This document shows, piece after piece, positions 39,946 through 49,422 of a DNA stretch of 64,000 nt. This DNA is from Candidatus Latescibacterota bacterium (lineage in GTDB: Bacteria > Latescibacterota > UBA2968 > UBA8231). The notes beneath the pieces were generated by a model. It ran no database searches, had not been told where the DNA came from, and saw only the letters and a program-made list of their open reading frames with translations. The stretch is from positions 1,312,001 through 1,376,000 of the forward strand of contig CBDCSU010000005.1 of the NCBI GenBank assembly GCA_965221775.1. The letters run 5' to 3'. Numbering within the stretch: the first letter of the stretch is position 1; each line of letters begins with the position of its first letter. The translations under genes were made by a program, and so were the position numbers.

Positions 39946-40544
39946 GCTGCGACCGCTACCAGGAACGCGAGACAGGACGCCTGGACGAGGCCGCCTTCCA
40001 GGCCCACCTGAAGGACTGCCCCGACTGCCGGGAGCAGCTGCGAGAAGACGAGATCATCACCGAGCTGGCCGCCACCCTCACGGAGATCACCGAACCCCCC
40101 TTCCTGTGGGAGCGCGTCGAGGGCGCCCTGCGCGCCGAGCAGCGTCGCGCCCGGCGGCGGACCTGGGTCTACCGCGCCGCGGCGGTCCTCGTGGTGGGGC
40201 TGGGGCTGGGCGCGCTCGTGCAGCAGCAGCAGCGATGGAGCGCGCCGGAGCCGGCCACCGGCCTCTACACCGCCGAGGCCCTGGAGAAGGTCCGCGACCG
40301 CGAGCGCGAGTACGCCGCCGCCATCGAGGAGCTGGAGCAGATCGCCGGCGAGCGCATGGAGCGCATGGACCCGGAGCTGGCCCTGCTCTACCGCGACAAG
40401 ATCGCCACCATCGACACCCAGATCGACCGCTGCCTGCGGGCCCTGCACGGCAACCCGGCCAACACCCACATCCGCCGCTACCTGCTGCTGGCCCTGCGGG
40501 ACAAGAGAGAGACCCTCGAGGAGATCGTGCAGCTCCAGCTGTAG
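39942..40544 (+). CDS. Putative zinc-finger anti-sigma factor with TM helix
   Basis: HLKDCPDC motif, single TM segment, coupled to the sigma gene. Confidence 0.75.
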   Translation: MSCDRYQERETGRLDEAAFQAHLKDCPDCREQLREDEIITELAATLTEITEPPFLWERVEGALRAEQRRARRRTWVYRAAAVLVVGLGLGALVQQQQRWSAPEPATGLYTAEALEKVRDREREYAAAIEELEQIAGERMERMDPELALLYRDKIATIDTQIDRCLRALHGNPANTHIRRYLLLALRDKRETLEEIVQLQL

Positions 40545-40557
40545 AGAGAGGAAACCG

Positions 40558-42165
40558 ATGACCTTGCCAAGAGCGTTCCTGCCCCTGCTCCTGCCCCTGC
40601 TGGCCGCGCCCTTTCCCGCGCGGGCCGGCTCCCTCGACCTGGCGGTGGGCGGCGTCGGCCTCAGCCTGGGCAACTCCAGCCGCATCACCGGGGTGCGCGT
40701 CAACCTCGTCGACGAGGACGTGCGGCGCGTCACCGGCCTCAACCTGACCCTGTGGAAGGCGCGCCGGAATCCGGACGCCGTGATCCAGGGCGCCGCCCTC
40801 GGCCTCGTGGGGCCGTACGCGCGGCGTCTCGACGGCATCGCCCTCGGCGGCCTGTTCGCCATCACCGAGCAGGACCTCAGCGGTATCGCCGTGGGCGGCA
40901 TCGGCGTCGACGCCGGCCGCGACATCCAGGGGATCGGCGTCGGCCTCGGGGGCGTGGTCGCCGTCCGCCACCTGAATGGGATCGCCCTGGCCGGGGCCCG
41001 CGCCGGGGCCCGGGGCGACGTTCACGGAGCGGCGGTCACCGCGGGTCTGGCCTCGGCCGGGGGCCAGGCCCGGGGGATCCTTGCCGGGGGGCTGATCGCC
41101 CGGGCCCGGGGGGACGCCGGCGGCGCCCTGCTCTCCGCGGGCGGGGCCTGGACGGGGGGCGACGGTGACGGCCTGATCCTCGGGGGGCTCGGCGCCGGCG
41201 TCGGCGGCGACCTGCGGGGCATCCTCGCCGGAGGGCTGGGCGCAGGCGCGGGGCACGACGTCAGCGGGATCGTCGTCGGCGGCTTCGGCGCCGGAGCCGG
41301 GCACGACCTGGAGGCCGGCGCCGTCATCGGCCTCGTGGGCGCGGGCGCCGGCCACGACGGGCGCGGCCTCATCCTCGGCGGAATCGGCGCAGGCGTCGGC
41401 CACGACCTGCACGGGATCGCCGCCGGGGGGCTGGGCGCCGGCGCCGGGCACGATCTCGCGGGGGTGGCGGCAGGCGGACTCGGCGCGGGGGTCGGACACG
41501 ACCTGCAGGCCGGCGCCGTGATCGGTCTGGTCGGCGCCGGCGTCGGCCGCAACGCCCATGGCATCGTCCTCGGCGGCGCCGGCGCCAGCGTCGGCGGCGA
41601 CCTGACGGGAATCGTCGGCGGCGGTCTGGGCGCCGGGGCGGGTCACGACGCCCGCGGCCTGGTCTTCGGCGGCCTGGGCGCCGGCGTGGGCCACGACCTC
41701 ACCGGGATCCTCGCCGGGGGCCTCGGCGCGGGCGTGGGCAACGACCTGCGCGGCGCCGCCTGCTCCGTTGGCGTCGTCGGCGCGGGGCATGACCTGACCG
41801 GTCTCGCCGTCGGCGGGGTCGGCGTCGGCGCCGGCGGCTCGGGCCGGGGGATCCTGGTCAGCCTCGTCGGGGTCGGCGCCGGCGAGGGACTGAGCGGAAT
41901 CATCGCCGGCGGGGTCACCGCCTTCGCCCCGAGTATGCGCGGGCTCTCCGTGAGCGCGGCCAACGGCATCGCCGTGGGCGGCCGCCATCTGCCCGGCGGC
42001 TCGGGCCGCTGGTTCGAGCCCGTGAACGAGCGCTTCACCGGCCTCTCCGTGGGGCTGGTCAACTACAGCCGCGATCTGAAGGGGGTGCAGCTCGGCGTGC
42101 TCAACTACGCCGGCAACAACCCCCGCTGGGCGCGCCTGCTGCCTCTCGTCAACGCGCACCTGTAG
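40558..42165 (+). CDS. Secreted LA_2272-like Gly-rich surface repeat protein
   Basis: Signal peptide, many ~16-aa repeats GLGAGxGHDLxGIxxG, C-terminal GLVNY...GVQLGVLNY...LLPLVN. Confidence 0.75.
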   Translation: MTLPRAFLPLLLPLLAAPFPARAGSLDLAVGGVGLSLGNSSRITGVRVNLVDEDVRRVTGLNLTLWKARRNPDAVIQGAALGLVGPYARRLDGIALGGLFAITEQDLSGIAVGGIGVDAGRDIQGIGVGLGGVVAVRHLNGIALAGARAGARGDVHGAAVTAGLASAGGQARGILAGGLIARARGDAGGALLSAGGAWTGGDGDGLILGGLGAGVGGDLRGILAGGLGAGAGHDVSGIVVGGFGAGAGHDLEAGAVIGLVGAGAGHDGRGLILGGIGAGVGHDLHGIAAGGLGAGAGHDLAGVAAGGLGAGVGHDLQAGAVIGLVGAGVGRNAHGIVLGGAGASVGGDLTGIVGGGLGAGAGHDARGLVFGGLGAGVGHDLTGILAGGLGAGVGNDLRGAACSVGVVGAGHDLTGLAVGGVGVGAGGSGRGILVSLVGVGAGEGLSGIIAGGVTAFAPSMRGLSVSAANGIAVGGRHLPGGSGRWFEPVNERFTGLSVGLVNYSRDLKGVQLGVLNYAGNNPRWARLLPLVNAHL

Positions 42166-42176
42166 AGGAGGACCCC

Positions 42177-43712
42177 ATGAGACGCATTCCCAACCTGACG
42201 GTGCTGCTCCTGCTCGCGGCCTCCTGTTGGAGCCAGGCGAGAGCCGAGGACCGGGAGACGAGGCGGCACACCTACGTCCGCAGCGCTCCGGCCGCGGCGG
42301 GCCAGAGCCTGCGCATCGAGGCCCACGGCGCCGACGTCACGATCACCGGCACCGGCGGCGACTCGGTGGCGGTGGAGGCGGTGATCGAGATCACCGGCGG
42401 CGACTCGGCGGCGGTGGAGGAGTACTTCCGGGCCGCCTCCCTGGTCCTGGAGCGGGAAGGGGGCGGGATGTACGCCCGTCTCGACGTCCCGGAACCACAC
42501 GTCGATGGCGAGGGCCGGTCGGCCGTCGGATTCCTGCGCAGGATGTTCTACGACGAGGGAGGCAACCTCCGGTTGTCCACCTCCGCGCGGCTGCGGGTGC
42601 GCGTGCCCTCGCGCTGTTCCGTCGATCTCTTCAACCGCTACGGCGACGTGCGCGTCGAGGGCATCGACGGGGAGCTGCACCTCGACAACAGCTCCGGCGG
42701 CGTGGACATCCGCGACGGCGGCGGCTCCCTGTCGGTGGCCAACGACTACGGCGAGGTGGAGGTGAGCCGTTTCCGCGGACCCGTGGACGTGAGCGGCAAC
42801 AGCACCCAGGTCGCCCTCTCGGAGGTCGACGGCCATGCGAATGTCCGCACCAGCTACAAGGGGGTACGCCTGGAGGGGGTGCGGGGACACGTGGCCGTGG
42901 AGAGCCTCAGCGGGGAGGTCATCGGCCGCGGCATCGAGGGCGACTGCACCGTGCGCAACTCCTACAAGAGCGTGGACCTCGAGGAGGTCTCCGGCTCGGT
43001 GCAGGTAGTAAGCCCGAGCGGCAGCGTGCGCCTGGACGGCATCGGCGGCAGCGCCCGGGTCGAGTCGAGCTACAAGCCGATCCGCGTATACCGCGTCCGC
43101 GGCGGGCTCGCCGTCAGCGGCAACTCCAGCGAGGTGGAGGTGAACCGGGTCGAGGGCGACGCGGCGATCGTCACCTCGTACAAGCCGATCCGCGTCGAGG
43201 AGGTGACCGGGAGCCTCTCCGTGAGCGCCAATTCCGCCAGCGTGACCGTCGAGTCCGTGGACAGCGACGCCGTCATCGTCACTTCGTACAAGCCGGTCCG
43301 CGTCGAGGACGTGGCCGGCAGCCTCACCGTGAACGCCAACTCCGCCGGCGTGACCGTCGAGGGCGTGGAGGGTGACGTGACGGTGACCAACTCCTACAAG
43401 CCGGTCGTCATCAAGAACGCCTCCGGCTCGATCACCGTGCGCGGCAACCACAGCCCCATCGAGGTCTCGCGGATCGCGCGCCCGAAGGAGGGCGGCAGAA
43501 TCGTCCTGGCCACCTCCGGCAAGCCGGTCACCCTCACCCTCCCGGCCGGCGCCGAGCCCGGCGGCTCCCTGAGGACGCGCCACGGCCGCATCGTCTCCGA
43601 CTTTCCGGTGATCCTCTCCACCGACCAGCGCAGCGCCCGGCTCAAGACCGGCGGCGGCTCCTTGAAGGTCCGTATCGACGCCGGCCGGGACATCACCCTG
43701 CGCCGGGAGTGA
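42177..43712 (+). CDS. Secreted DUF4097 (Toastrack) beta-repeat protein
   Basis: Signal peptide and repeated ~41-aa SYKPxRV units. Confidence 0.78.
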   Translation: MRRIPNLTVLLLLAASCWSQARAEDRETRRHTYVRSAPAAAGQSLRIEAHGADVTITGTGGDSVAVEAVIEITGGDSAAVEEYFRAASLVLEREGGGMYARLDVPEPHVDGEGRSAVGFLRRMFYDEGGNLRLSTSARLRVRVPSRCSVDLFNRYGDVRVEGIDGELHLDNSSGGVDIRDGGGSLSVANDYGEVEVSRFRGPVDVSGNSTQVALSEVDGHANVRTSYKGVRLEGVRGHVAVESLSGEVIGRGIEGDCTVRNSYKSVDLEEVSGSVQVVSPSGSVRLDGIGGSARVESSYKPIRVYRVRGGLAVSGNSSEVEVNRVEGDAAIVTSYKPIRVEEVTGSLSVSANSASVTVESVDSDAVIVTSYKPVRVEDVAGSLTVNANSAGVTVEGVEGDVTVTNSYKPVVIKNASGSITVRGNHSPIEVSRIARPKEGGRIVLATSGKPVTLTLPAGAEPGGSLRTRHGRIVSDFPVILSTDQRSARLKTGGGSLKVRIDAGRDITLRRE

Positions 43713-43715
43713 GGG

Positions 43716-44540
43716 TCAGGGCTCCAGGTCCTCCACCCGAACCGTCCCCTTCCACTCGTCGTAGTCGGCCGTCATCGCCTCCGACCACGCCCGGTCGACC
43801 TCGCCGGGGGTGTAGACGCCCTCGCGGATGCGCATCTTGCCGAAGTAGTCGCGCATGCGCGTCTCCTCCGACTTCTCGACGACCTCCGCCGCCAGCTTCG
43901 GCGGCACGAAGACGATCCCCGAGGGCGTGCCCAGCACCACGTCGCCGGGCATCACCGTGGCCTCGCCGATGCGCACGGGGCCGTTGATCTCGGCCAGGGT
44001 CACGTCGCCGATGGCGGTGGGGTGGACGTCGCGGCAGAACACGTTCATCGGCAGCTGGGCGACGCGCTGGGCGTCGCGGATCGAGCCGTCCACCACCAGG
44101 CCGGTGCCCCCGGTGCGGGTGGCGATGGCGGTGCCGAGGTTGTCGCCGATGAAGGTGCCGCGCTCGATCTTGCCGAAGAGCTCGACGACGAGGACGTCGT
44201 TGTTCTCCAGAGTGTCGATGACCCACGAGTTCTGGCCGCCCACGCGCTCCTTCTCCTTGCCCTCCTCCTCCACCAGGGCGTGCAGGTCGGGGCGCTGCGG
44301 CACGTAGCGGCAGGTGACGGCGCGGCCGACGAGGATCCGCTCCGGGTGCAGGTTCATCCAGCCGCCGTCGTACTGGAGCCGGAACTCGTGGCCCATGAGC
44401 ACGCCCCAGGCCTCCTCGGTGGTCACCCTCTTCATGCGCTCCAGGATGTCGTCGGGCACCAGGGGCCGGCCGAAGCGGTCCCTGGGCAGGTCGCAGTCGC
44501 GGGTGAGCTCGGCATTGCGCTCCGGGCAGTTCAGTTCCAT
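43716..44540 (-). CDS. RraA/HMG-aldolase family protein
   Basis: GRAVT, GLVVDGSIRD, ATVMPGDVVLG. Confidence 0.82.
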   Translation of the reverse strand: MELNCPERNAELTRDCDLPRDRFGRPLVPDDILERMKRVTTEEAWGVLMGHEFRLQYDGGWMNLHPERILVGRAVTCRYVPQRPDLHALVEEEGKEKERVGGQNSWVIDTLENNDVLVVELFGKIERGTFIGDNLGTAIATRTGGTGLVVDGSIRDAQRVAQLPMNVFCRDVHPTAIGDVTLAEINGPVRIGEATVMPGDVVLGTPSGIVFVPPKLAAEVVEKSEETRMRDYFGKMRIREGVYTPGEVDRAWSEAMTADYDEWKGTVRVEDLEP

Positions 44541-44715
44541 CCATCGCCTCGTTTCGTCTTGGTGGGGGTTCACGGATCCAGCCGATAGAATAGACACGAT
44601 CCGCCTCCCCGGGCACGGCCCCGCGCCGTCGCCGGGGCCCACTCCATCCCCTAAGATTTCCGGCTCCCCGACGCCCCGCACCGCCACCGGCGCGGGCCTT
44701 CCGCGAGAGATCCCC

Positions 44716-46197
44716 GTGAGCGAGCGGCCCAACCTCCTCTACCTGCACTCCGACCAGCACAGCCCCTTCGTGGCCGGCTGCTACGGCGACGAGCTGGTCC
44801 ACACCCCCCACCTCGACCGCCTCGCCGCCCGGGGCGTCGTCCTCGACGCCTGCTACTGCCCCTCTCCCCTGTGCGTGCCGTCGCGCATGTCCGCCCTCAC
44901 CGGCCGCCACCCCTTCGAGAACCGGGTCTGGACCAACAGCCACGTCCTCGACTCCGCCATCCCCACCCTGGCCCACTCCATGGGCGCCGGCGGCTACCGG
45001 CCGGCCCTGATCGGCCGCATGCACGCCCTCGGCCCCGACCAGCTCCACGGCTACGCCGAGCGCCTCGTGGGCGATCACGGCCCCAACCACCTCGGCGGCC
45101 GCGGCGTCGACCACGGCGAGCTGACCGGCACCGCGGGTCCGGCGCGGGTCAGCCTGGTCAAGTCGGGGCCGGGCCAGAGCGCCTACCAAGTCCACGACGA
45201 GGACGTGACGGATTGCGCCGTCGACTGGCTGCAGGCCCAGGGGGCCCGCCGCAAGGCCGGGGACGACTCCCCCTTCTCCCTCTCCGTGGGCTTCATGCTG
45301 CCCCATCAGCCCTTCGTGGCCAAGGCCGGGGACTACTCCCGCTACGAGGGCCGCATGACCCTGCCGCGGACCCCGGAACCGTTCTCCGACGCCCTGCACC
45401 CGCACCTGCGCGCCTGGCGCCAGGCCTGCGGCATCGAGGAGGTGACGGAGGAGGAGATCCTGCGCGCGCGCACCGCCTACTGGGCCCTGGTGACGCGCCT
45501 CGACCACATGATCGGCCGCATCCTCGGCGCCCTGGAGACCGCCGGCCTGGCGGAGAACACCCTCGTCCTCTACACCTCCGACCACGGCGAGCAGGCCGGC
45601 GAGCACGGACTCTGGTGGAAGCAGACCTTCTACGAGGACTCGGTGCGGGTGCCGGCGATCCTGTCGTGGCCCGGACGGCTGCCCGAGGGCGGCCGCTGCG
45701 GGCGCGTGACCAGCAGCCTGGACCTCAACGCCACCATGCTCGACGCCCTGGCGTGCCCGCCCCTGCCCCACTCCCGGGGCCGCAGCCTGCTGCCGCTGCT
45801 GCAGTCGCCGGGGGCGGCCGAGTGGGAGGACATCGCCTTCAGCGAGTTCTGCCTCGACGGGGCGGGCGCCGCCGGACCCGTGGCGGGGGAGGTGGTGCAG
45901 CGGATGGTGCGCCGCGGACCGTGGAAGCTGAACTACTACGACGGCCAGCCCAGCCAGCTCTTCCACCTGGAGGAGGACCCCCGCGAGACCCGCGACCGGG
46001 CGGCGGACCCGTCCTGCGCCGGGGTGCGGGCCGAGCTGGAGGCACTCGTGCTCGACGGCTGGGACCCGGCCCGGGTGCGGGAGCAGATGGCGCGGCGGCG
46101 GGCCGAGGGGCGGATCCTGGCCGAGTGGGGGCGGCGGGTGCAGCCGGCGGATGTGTGCCGCTGGGACCTGCGGCCGGAGATGGACTATCTGGATTGA
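44716..46197 (+). CDS. Formylglycine-dependent sulfatase (choline-sulfatase-like)
   Basis: PNLLYLHSDQH, CVPSR signature, PHQPF, YTSDHGE, VRVP, WKL. Confidence 0.92.
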   Translation: MSERPNLLYLHSDQHSPFVAGCYGDELVHTPHLDRLAARGVVLDACYCPSPLCVPSRMSALTGRHPFENRVWTNSHVLDSAIPTLAHSMGAGGYRPALIGRMHALGPDQLHGYAERLVGDHGPNHLGGRGVDHGELTGTAGPARVSLVKSGPGQSAYQVHDEDVTDCAVDWLQAQGARRKAGDDSPFSLSVGFMLPHQPFVAKAGDYSRYEGRMTLPRTPEPFSDALHPHLRAWRQACGIEEVTEEEILRARTAYWALVTRLDHMIGRILGALETAGLAENTLVLYTSDHGEQAGEHGLWWKQTFYEDSVRVPAILSWPGRLPEGGRCGRVTSSLDLNATMLDALACPPLPHSRGRSLLPLLQSPGAAEWEDIAFSEFCLDGAGAAGPVAGEVVQRMVRRGPWKLNYYDGQPSQLFHLEEDPRETRDRAADPSCAGVRAELEALVLDGWDPARVREQMARRRAEGRILAEWGRRVQPADVCRWDLRPEMDYLD

Positions 46198-46270
46198 GGG
46201 GGGCGGGACCGGTGCGGTCCGGTCGGAAAGTTCGGTCAAACTACGTGCCAAATAAGGTGTCAAATATGCC

Positions 46271-46299
46271 TTGATAAAGTACTATAAGAGAATTATTAT
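46271..46299 (+). promoter_or_regulatory. sigma70-like promoter of the fic gene
   Basis: TTGATA-N17-TATTAT in an AT-rich patch. Confidence 0.55.
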
Positions 46300-46349
46300 C
46301 AGTATGTTAAATGCCTGTCAAAAAACCTGCCAAAAAGGCCGCCAGATAG

Positions 46350-47537
46350 ATGAACTGGAGACGGTTCCGATTCGAGTACTCCATCCAGCTCGAGAGCCTG
46401 ACCTCCGATCTGATCGCGATTGAGGCCTACAGGCAGGCTGCGCTCAATCTGGTCCTCCCTCCGCCTTGGAAGGAACAGTTGGACCAGTTGAACCGTGTGC
46501 GCGCGGTCCACGGGACTACCGCCCTCGAGGGGAATCCTCTGACCGAAGCCGAAGTGCGCCTGCAGATGGAACACCTGCAGGAGTCCGAGGAGCCGCCCGC
46601 GAACCAGTCCATGGAGCAGCGTCAGGTGAGCAACGCAGGGTTGGCCCAGGAGTGGGTCAGGGAAAGGCTGTCACCCGGAAGCGAGCCTCTCAGGCTCCCG
46701 GACATCCTCTACCTGCACGAACGTCTCACGGAGGGATCCGATGAGAAGGACAACGTCCCGGGGCGGCTGAGGATGCACCGGGTCGTCGTCGGGACGGAGG
46801 AGCTGGGCGGGGTGCATCGAGGAGCCCCCCCGGAGAACCTGCCCCGGCTCATGGACGAGTTCGTGGAGTTCGTGAACTCGAAACGCTGCCTGGATCAGCA
46901 CCCCGTGGTCCGGGCCCTGTTGGCCCACTTCTTCCTGGTGACGATCCATCCCTTCGGCGACGGGAACGGGAGAGTCTCCAGGCTGGTCGAGGCTGGCATC
47001 CTCTTCCAAGGCGGTTACAACGTCCTGGGATTCTACGGACTGTCGAACTTCTTCTACCGCAACGCGGACCAGTACAAGCATCTGCTTCAGCAGAGCCGGC
47101 GCACCCAGCCTTTCGACCTGACCGCCTTCGTGGCCTTCGGCATCAAGGGCTTCGCGGCCGAGTTGCGCGGCATCAACGACTTCATCAAGGCCAAGCTCAA
47201 CCGTCTTGTCTACAGGGACACCATGGTCAGGGCCTTGGGGCAACGCGCCGGGAAGCGCCGCCGCGTTCTTAACACCCGGGAGTACGATCTGCTCGATTTC
47301 CTGCTGCAGGAAACGGAACCGATCGATCCATTCTCCGACGCGCCCTCCAGGAAGATCGGACTCTCCGAACTGGTCCAGGCGGCCTATGTCCAGGCCGTCT
47401 ACAAGGATGTCAAGCGCCGTACGCTTTGGCGGGAACTGATCCGGTTGGCAGAGATGGGCTTCATCCGCGTCTCGGCTGCCGCCGAGATGGAGGACTCGAC
47501 GATCGAAATCGACTTTGACGCGATCGGGAAATACTGA
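46350..47537 (+). CDS. Fic-family protein with C-terminal wHTH-like region
   Basis: HGTTALEGN and the HPFGDGNGRVSR Fic motif. Confidence 0.92.
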   Translation: MNWRRFRFEYSIQLESLTSDLIAIEAYRQAALNLVLPPPWKEQLDQLNRVRAVHGTTALEGNPLTEAEVRLQMEHLQESEEPPANQSMEQRQVSNAGLAQEWVRERLSPGSEPLRLPDILYLHERLTEGSDEKDNVPGRLRMHRVVVGTEELGGVHRGAPPENLPRLMDEFVEFVNSKRCLDQHPVVRALLAHFFLVTIHPFGDGNGRVSRLVEAGILFQGGYNVLGFYGLSNFFYRNADQYKHLLQQSRRTQPFDLTAFVAFGIKGFAAELRGINDFIKAKLNRLVYRDTMVRALGQRAGKRRRVLNTREYDLLDFLLQETEPIDPFSDAPSRKIGLSELVQAAYVQAVYKDVKRRTLWRELIRLAEMGFIRVSAAAEMEDSTIEIDFDAIGKY

Positions 47538-47551
47538 CACGGAGAGCACGA

Positions 47552-48445
47552 ATGTCAGCCTTCGATCCATGCGATTACAAGATCCTCTTCAAGGATGACT
47601 GGAATACAAGGGGGCTCGCTCAAGGGCTTGCGGAGCTTGAGCGGCAGGCCCTTTCCGAGGAGTTCCGCAAACTGGTCCGGGAGGCGCCTCGGCGCTCAGA
47701 GAGTGGCAAGAGCTACTTCGTCGGACATGAGGGCAAGCATTCGACGGGTTGCAGCAACCGGGGCGAGGAACTGCTGGCCCTCGCTCTCTGGAATCACAAA
47801 GGATGTTGGGCACGTCCAGGAGGCGGTTGGCTTCGGCTGCTCGATTACCAGTTTCCGCTGAAAGCAGAAAGGCGTGACAGTGGCATCGGCAAGGTCGATT
47901 TGCTGGGCCTCACGGATGAGGGGCGGATCGTGGTGATCGAGTTGAAGGTGAAACCCCCGGTACAGAGCAACCGCGGCGAGACTCCTGCGAGGGCACTGAT
48001 CGAGGGCCTTCGCTACGCCGCCATCGTGAAGGCCAATCTGTGCGCCATCGCCCGAGAAGCGAAGGACCCGGAGGACTGTCAGACTCGTTGGCACGGGGAG
48101 ATCTCCAAGAGCCCTCCGATTGTGCAGGTACTCGCACCAAAGGACTGGTGGAAAGGCTGGTTGAACCTCGGCGGCTCGACTCGCAAGGCCGCCGGATGCT
48201 GGGAGCGTGAGTTCAGCCAACTCACAAGGGATATCGAAATGCAACTAGGTGTCGCCGTGGAGTGTGTTGCGCTCAGCGATGCCGATGTCACTCACTGCAG
48301 GCAGAAGCCGAAGCTCCTCCGCACACCCGTGCTCTATTCGGTTGACCTTGCCCCTGTTCCGGCCATCGGTGATGTCCTATCGCACACCGGGCGGAACTGT
48401 GGGCCGAGCTGGAACTTGGAAAGCAAAGCCCCGAAGCCGAGATAG
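47552..48445 (+). CDS. Putative PD-(D/E)XK nuclease-fold protein
   Basis: LLDYQFPL...GKVDLLGL...IVVIELK motif. Confidence 0.55.
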   Translation: MSAFDPCDYKILFKDDWNTRGLAQGLAELERQALSEEFRKLVREAPRRSESGKSYFVGHEGKHSTGCSNRGEELLALALWNHKGCWARPGGGWLRLLDYQFPLKAERRDSGIGKVDLLGLTDEGRIVVIELKVKPPVQSNRGETPARALIEGLRYAAIVKANLCAIAREAKDPEDCQTRWHGEISKSPPIVQVLAPKDWWKGWLNLGGSTRKAAGCWEREFSQLTRDIEMQLGVAVECVALSDADVTHCRQKPKLLRTPVLYSVDLAPVPAIGDVLSHTGRNCGPSWNLESKAPKPR

Positions 48446-48792
48446 GAAATGAGATAGATGTCAAAGGAAGAGGGCGGCAGCTCGATAGAATCCGAGATGC
48501 GTCGTCGTGCCAAGGCCAAGAGAACCATTGCCTGCGTTGAGGAGAAGCTGGAGGCCATTCAGCACAGCGGAGGGATGTGGGACAGGCGGAGCAGCGCTTG
48601 GCCGACCTTGGAGTGCCCATCTAGATCGCTGCGCCCCGAACGATCCCATGCCACAGCCGGTGCGCACTGGCGGAGATCCAAGCCGGAACATCGGACACGC
48701 GCTGATTGTTTGCGACGCCCGCAACCCCGAGTTCTGGCCTGGAGGTAGAGCCGCCCAACAGTGGGAACCCGCAACGAACTGGAGCCGGACTG

Positions 48793-49422
48793 ATGGAGGT
48801 CTTCGACTACCGCCGCGACGTACGCAACATCTTCGTCTCCTCGCAGATGCGCTCGCGGTTTCTGCGCATGGAGCCGGGACAGCAAGCCGACCTGCACAGC
48901 CACGACCTGGGCCACGAGGTCTTCCTCATCCTGCAGGGGCTGGCGCGGTTCGAGATCTCGGGGGAGGTGGCCGACCTCGGACCCGGACAGGCGTGCTTCG
49001 CCCTGGCCCACGAGCCCCACCGGGTCAGCGTGATCGGCGACGAGCCGATGACCATGTATCTCTCGGTGACGCCGCACGTGCAGCCCACGCACACGGGCCG
49101 CACCGAGGAGGGGGGCCGGCTGCCCGTCCGCTTCCAGCCGTCGGCGGCGTACGACGTGGAGGAGGACCCGGCCCCGGTGGAGGAGCTGGTGGAGTGCTTC
49201 GTCGGCCTGGCGGAGGAACTGGCTTCCGCGGCTGCCACCGCCGCCGGGGAGCACCGCGAGTCCGGCGCCCGCCTGCGGGAGGCCCTCGCCGCCGGCGACG
49301 AGGAAGCCGCCGGCCGTCACCGCGAGGCGATGTGGCTGGCCCTGCGCGGCGTGGTGGACAAGCTCCACGAGACGGCGGAGCAGTGGAACCGGCTGGCGCC
49401 GCGGGCGGGGAAAACCGGATGA
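48793..49422 (+). CDS. Cupin-domain protein
   Basis: LHSHDLGHEVFLILQG...EPHRV. Confidence 0.8.
   Translation: MEVFDYRRDVRNIFVSSQMRSRFLRMEPGQQADLHSHDLGHEVFLILQGLARFEISGEVADLGPGQACFALAHEPHRVSVIGDEPMTMYLSVTPHVQPTHTGRTEEGGRLPVRFQPSAAYDVEEDPAPVEELVECFVGLAEELASAAATAAGEHRESGARLREALAAGDEEAAGRHREAMWLALRGVVDKLHETAEQWNRLAPRAGKTG

Noticed and set aside
48458-48748. 96-aa ORF after the nuclease-like gene
   Set aside because: Plausible start but no recognisable domain; probably a gene relic, so not called as a feature.
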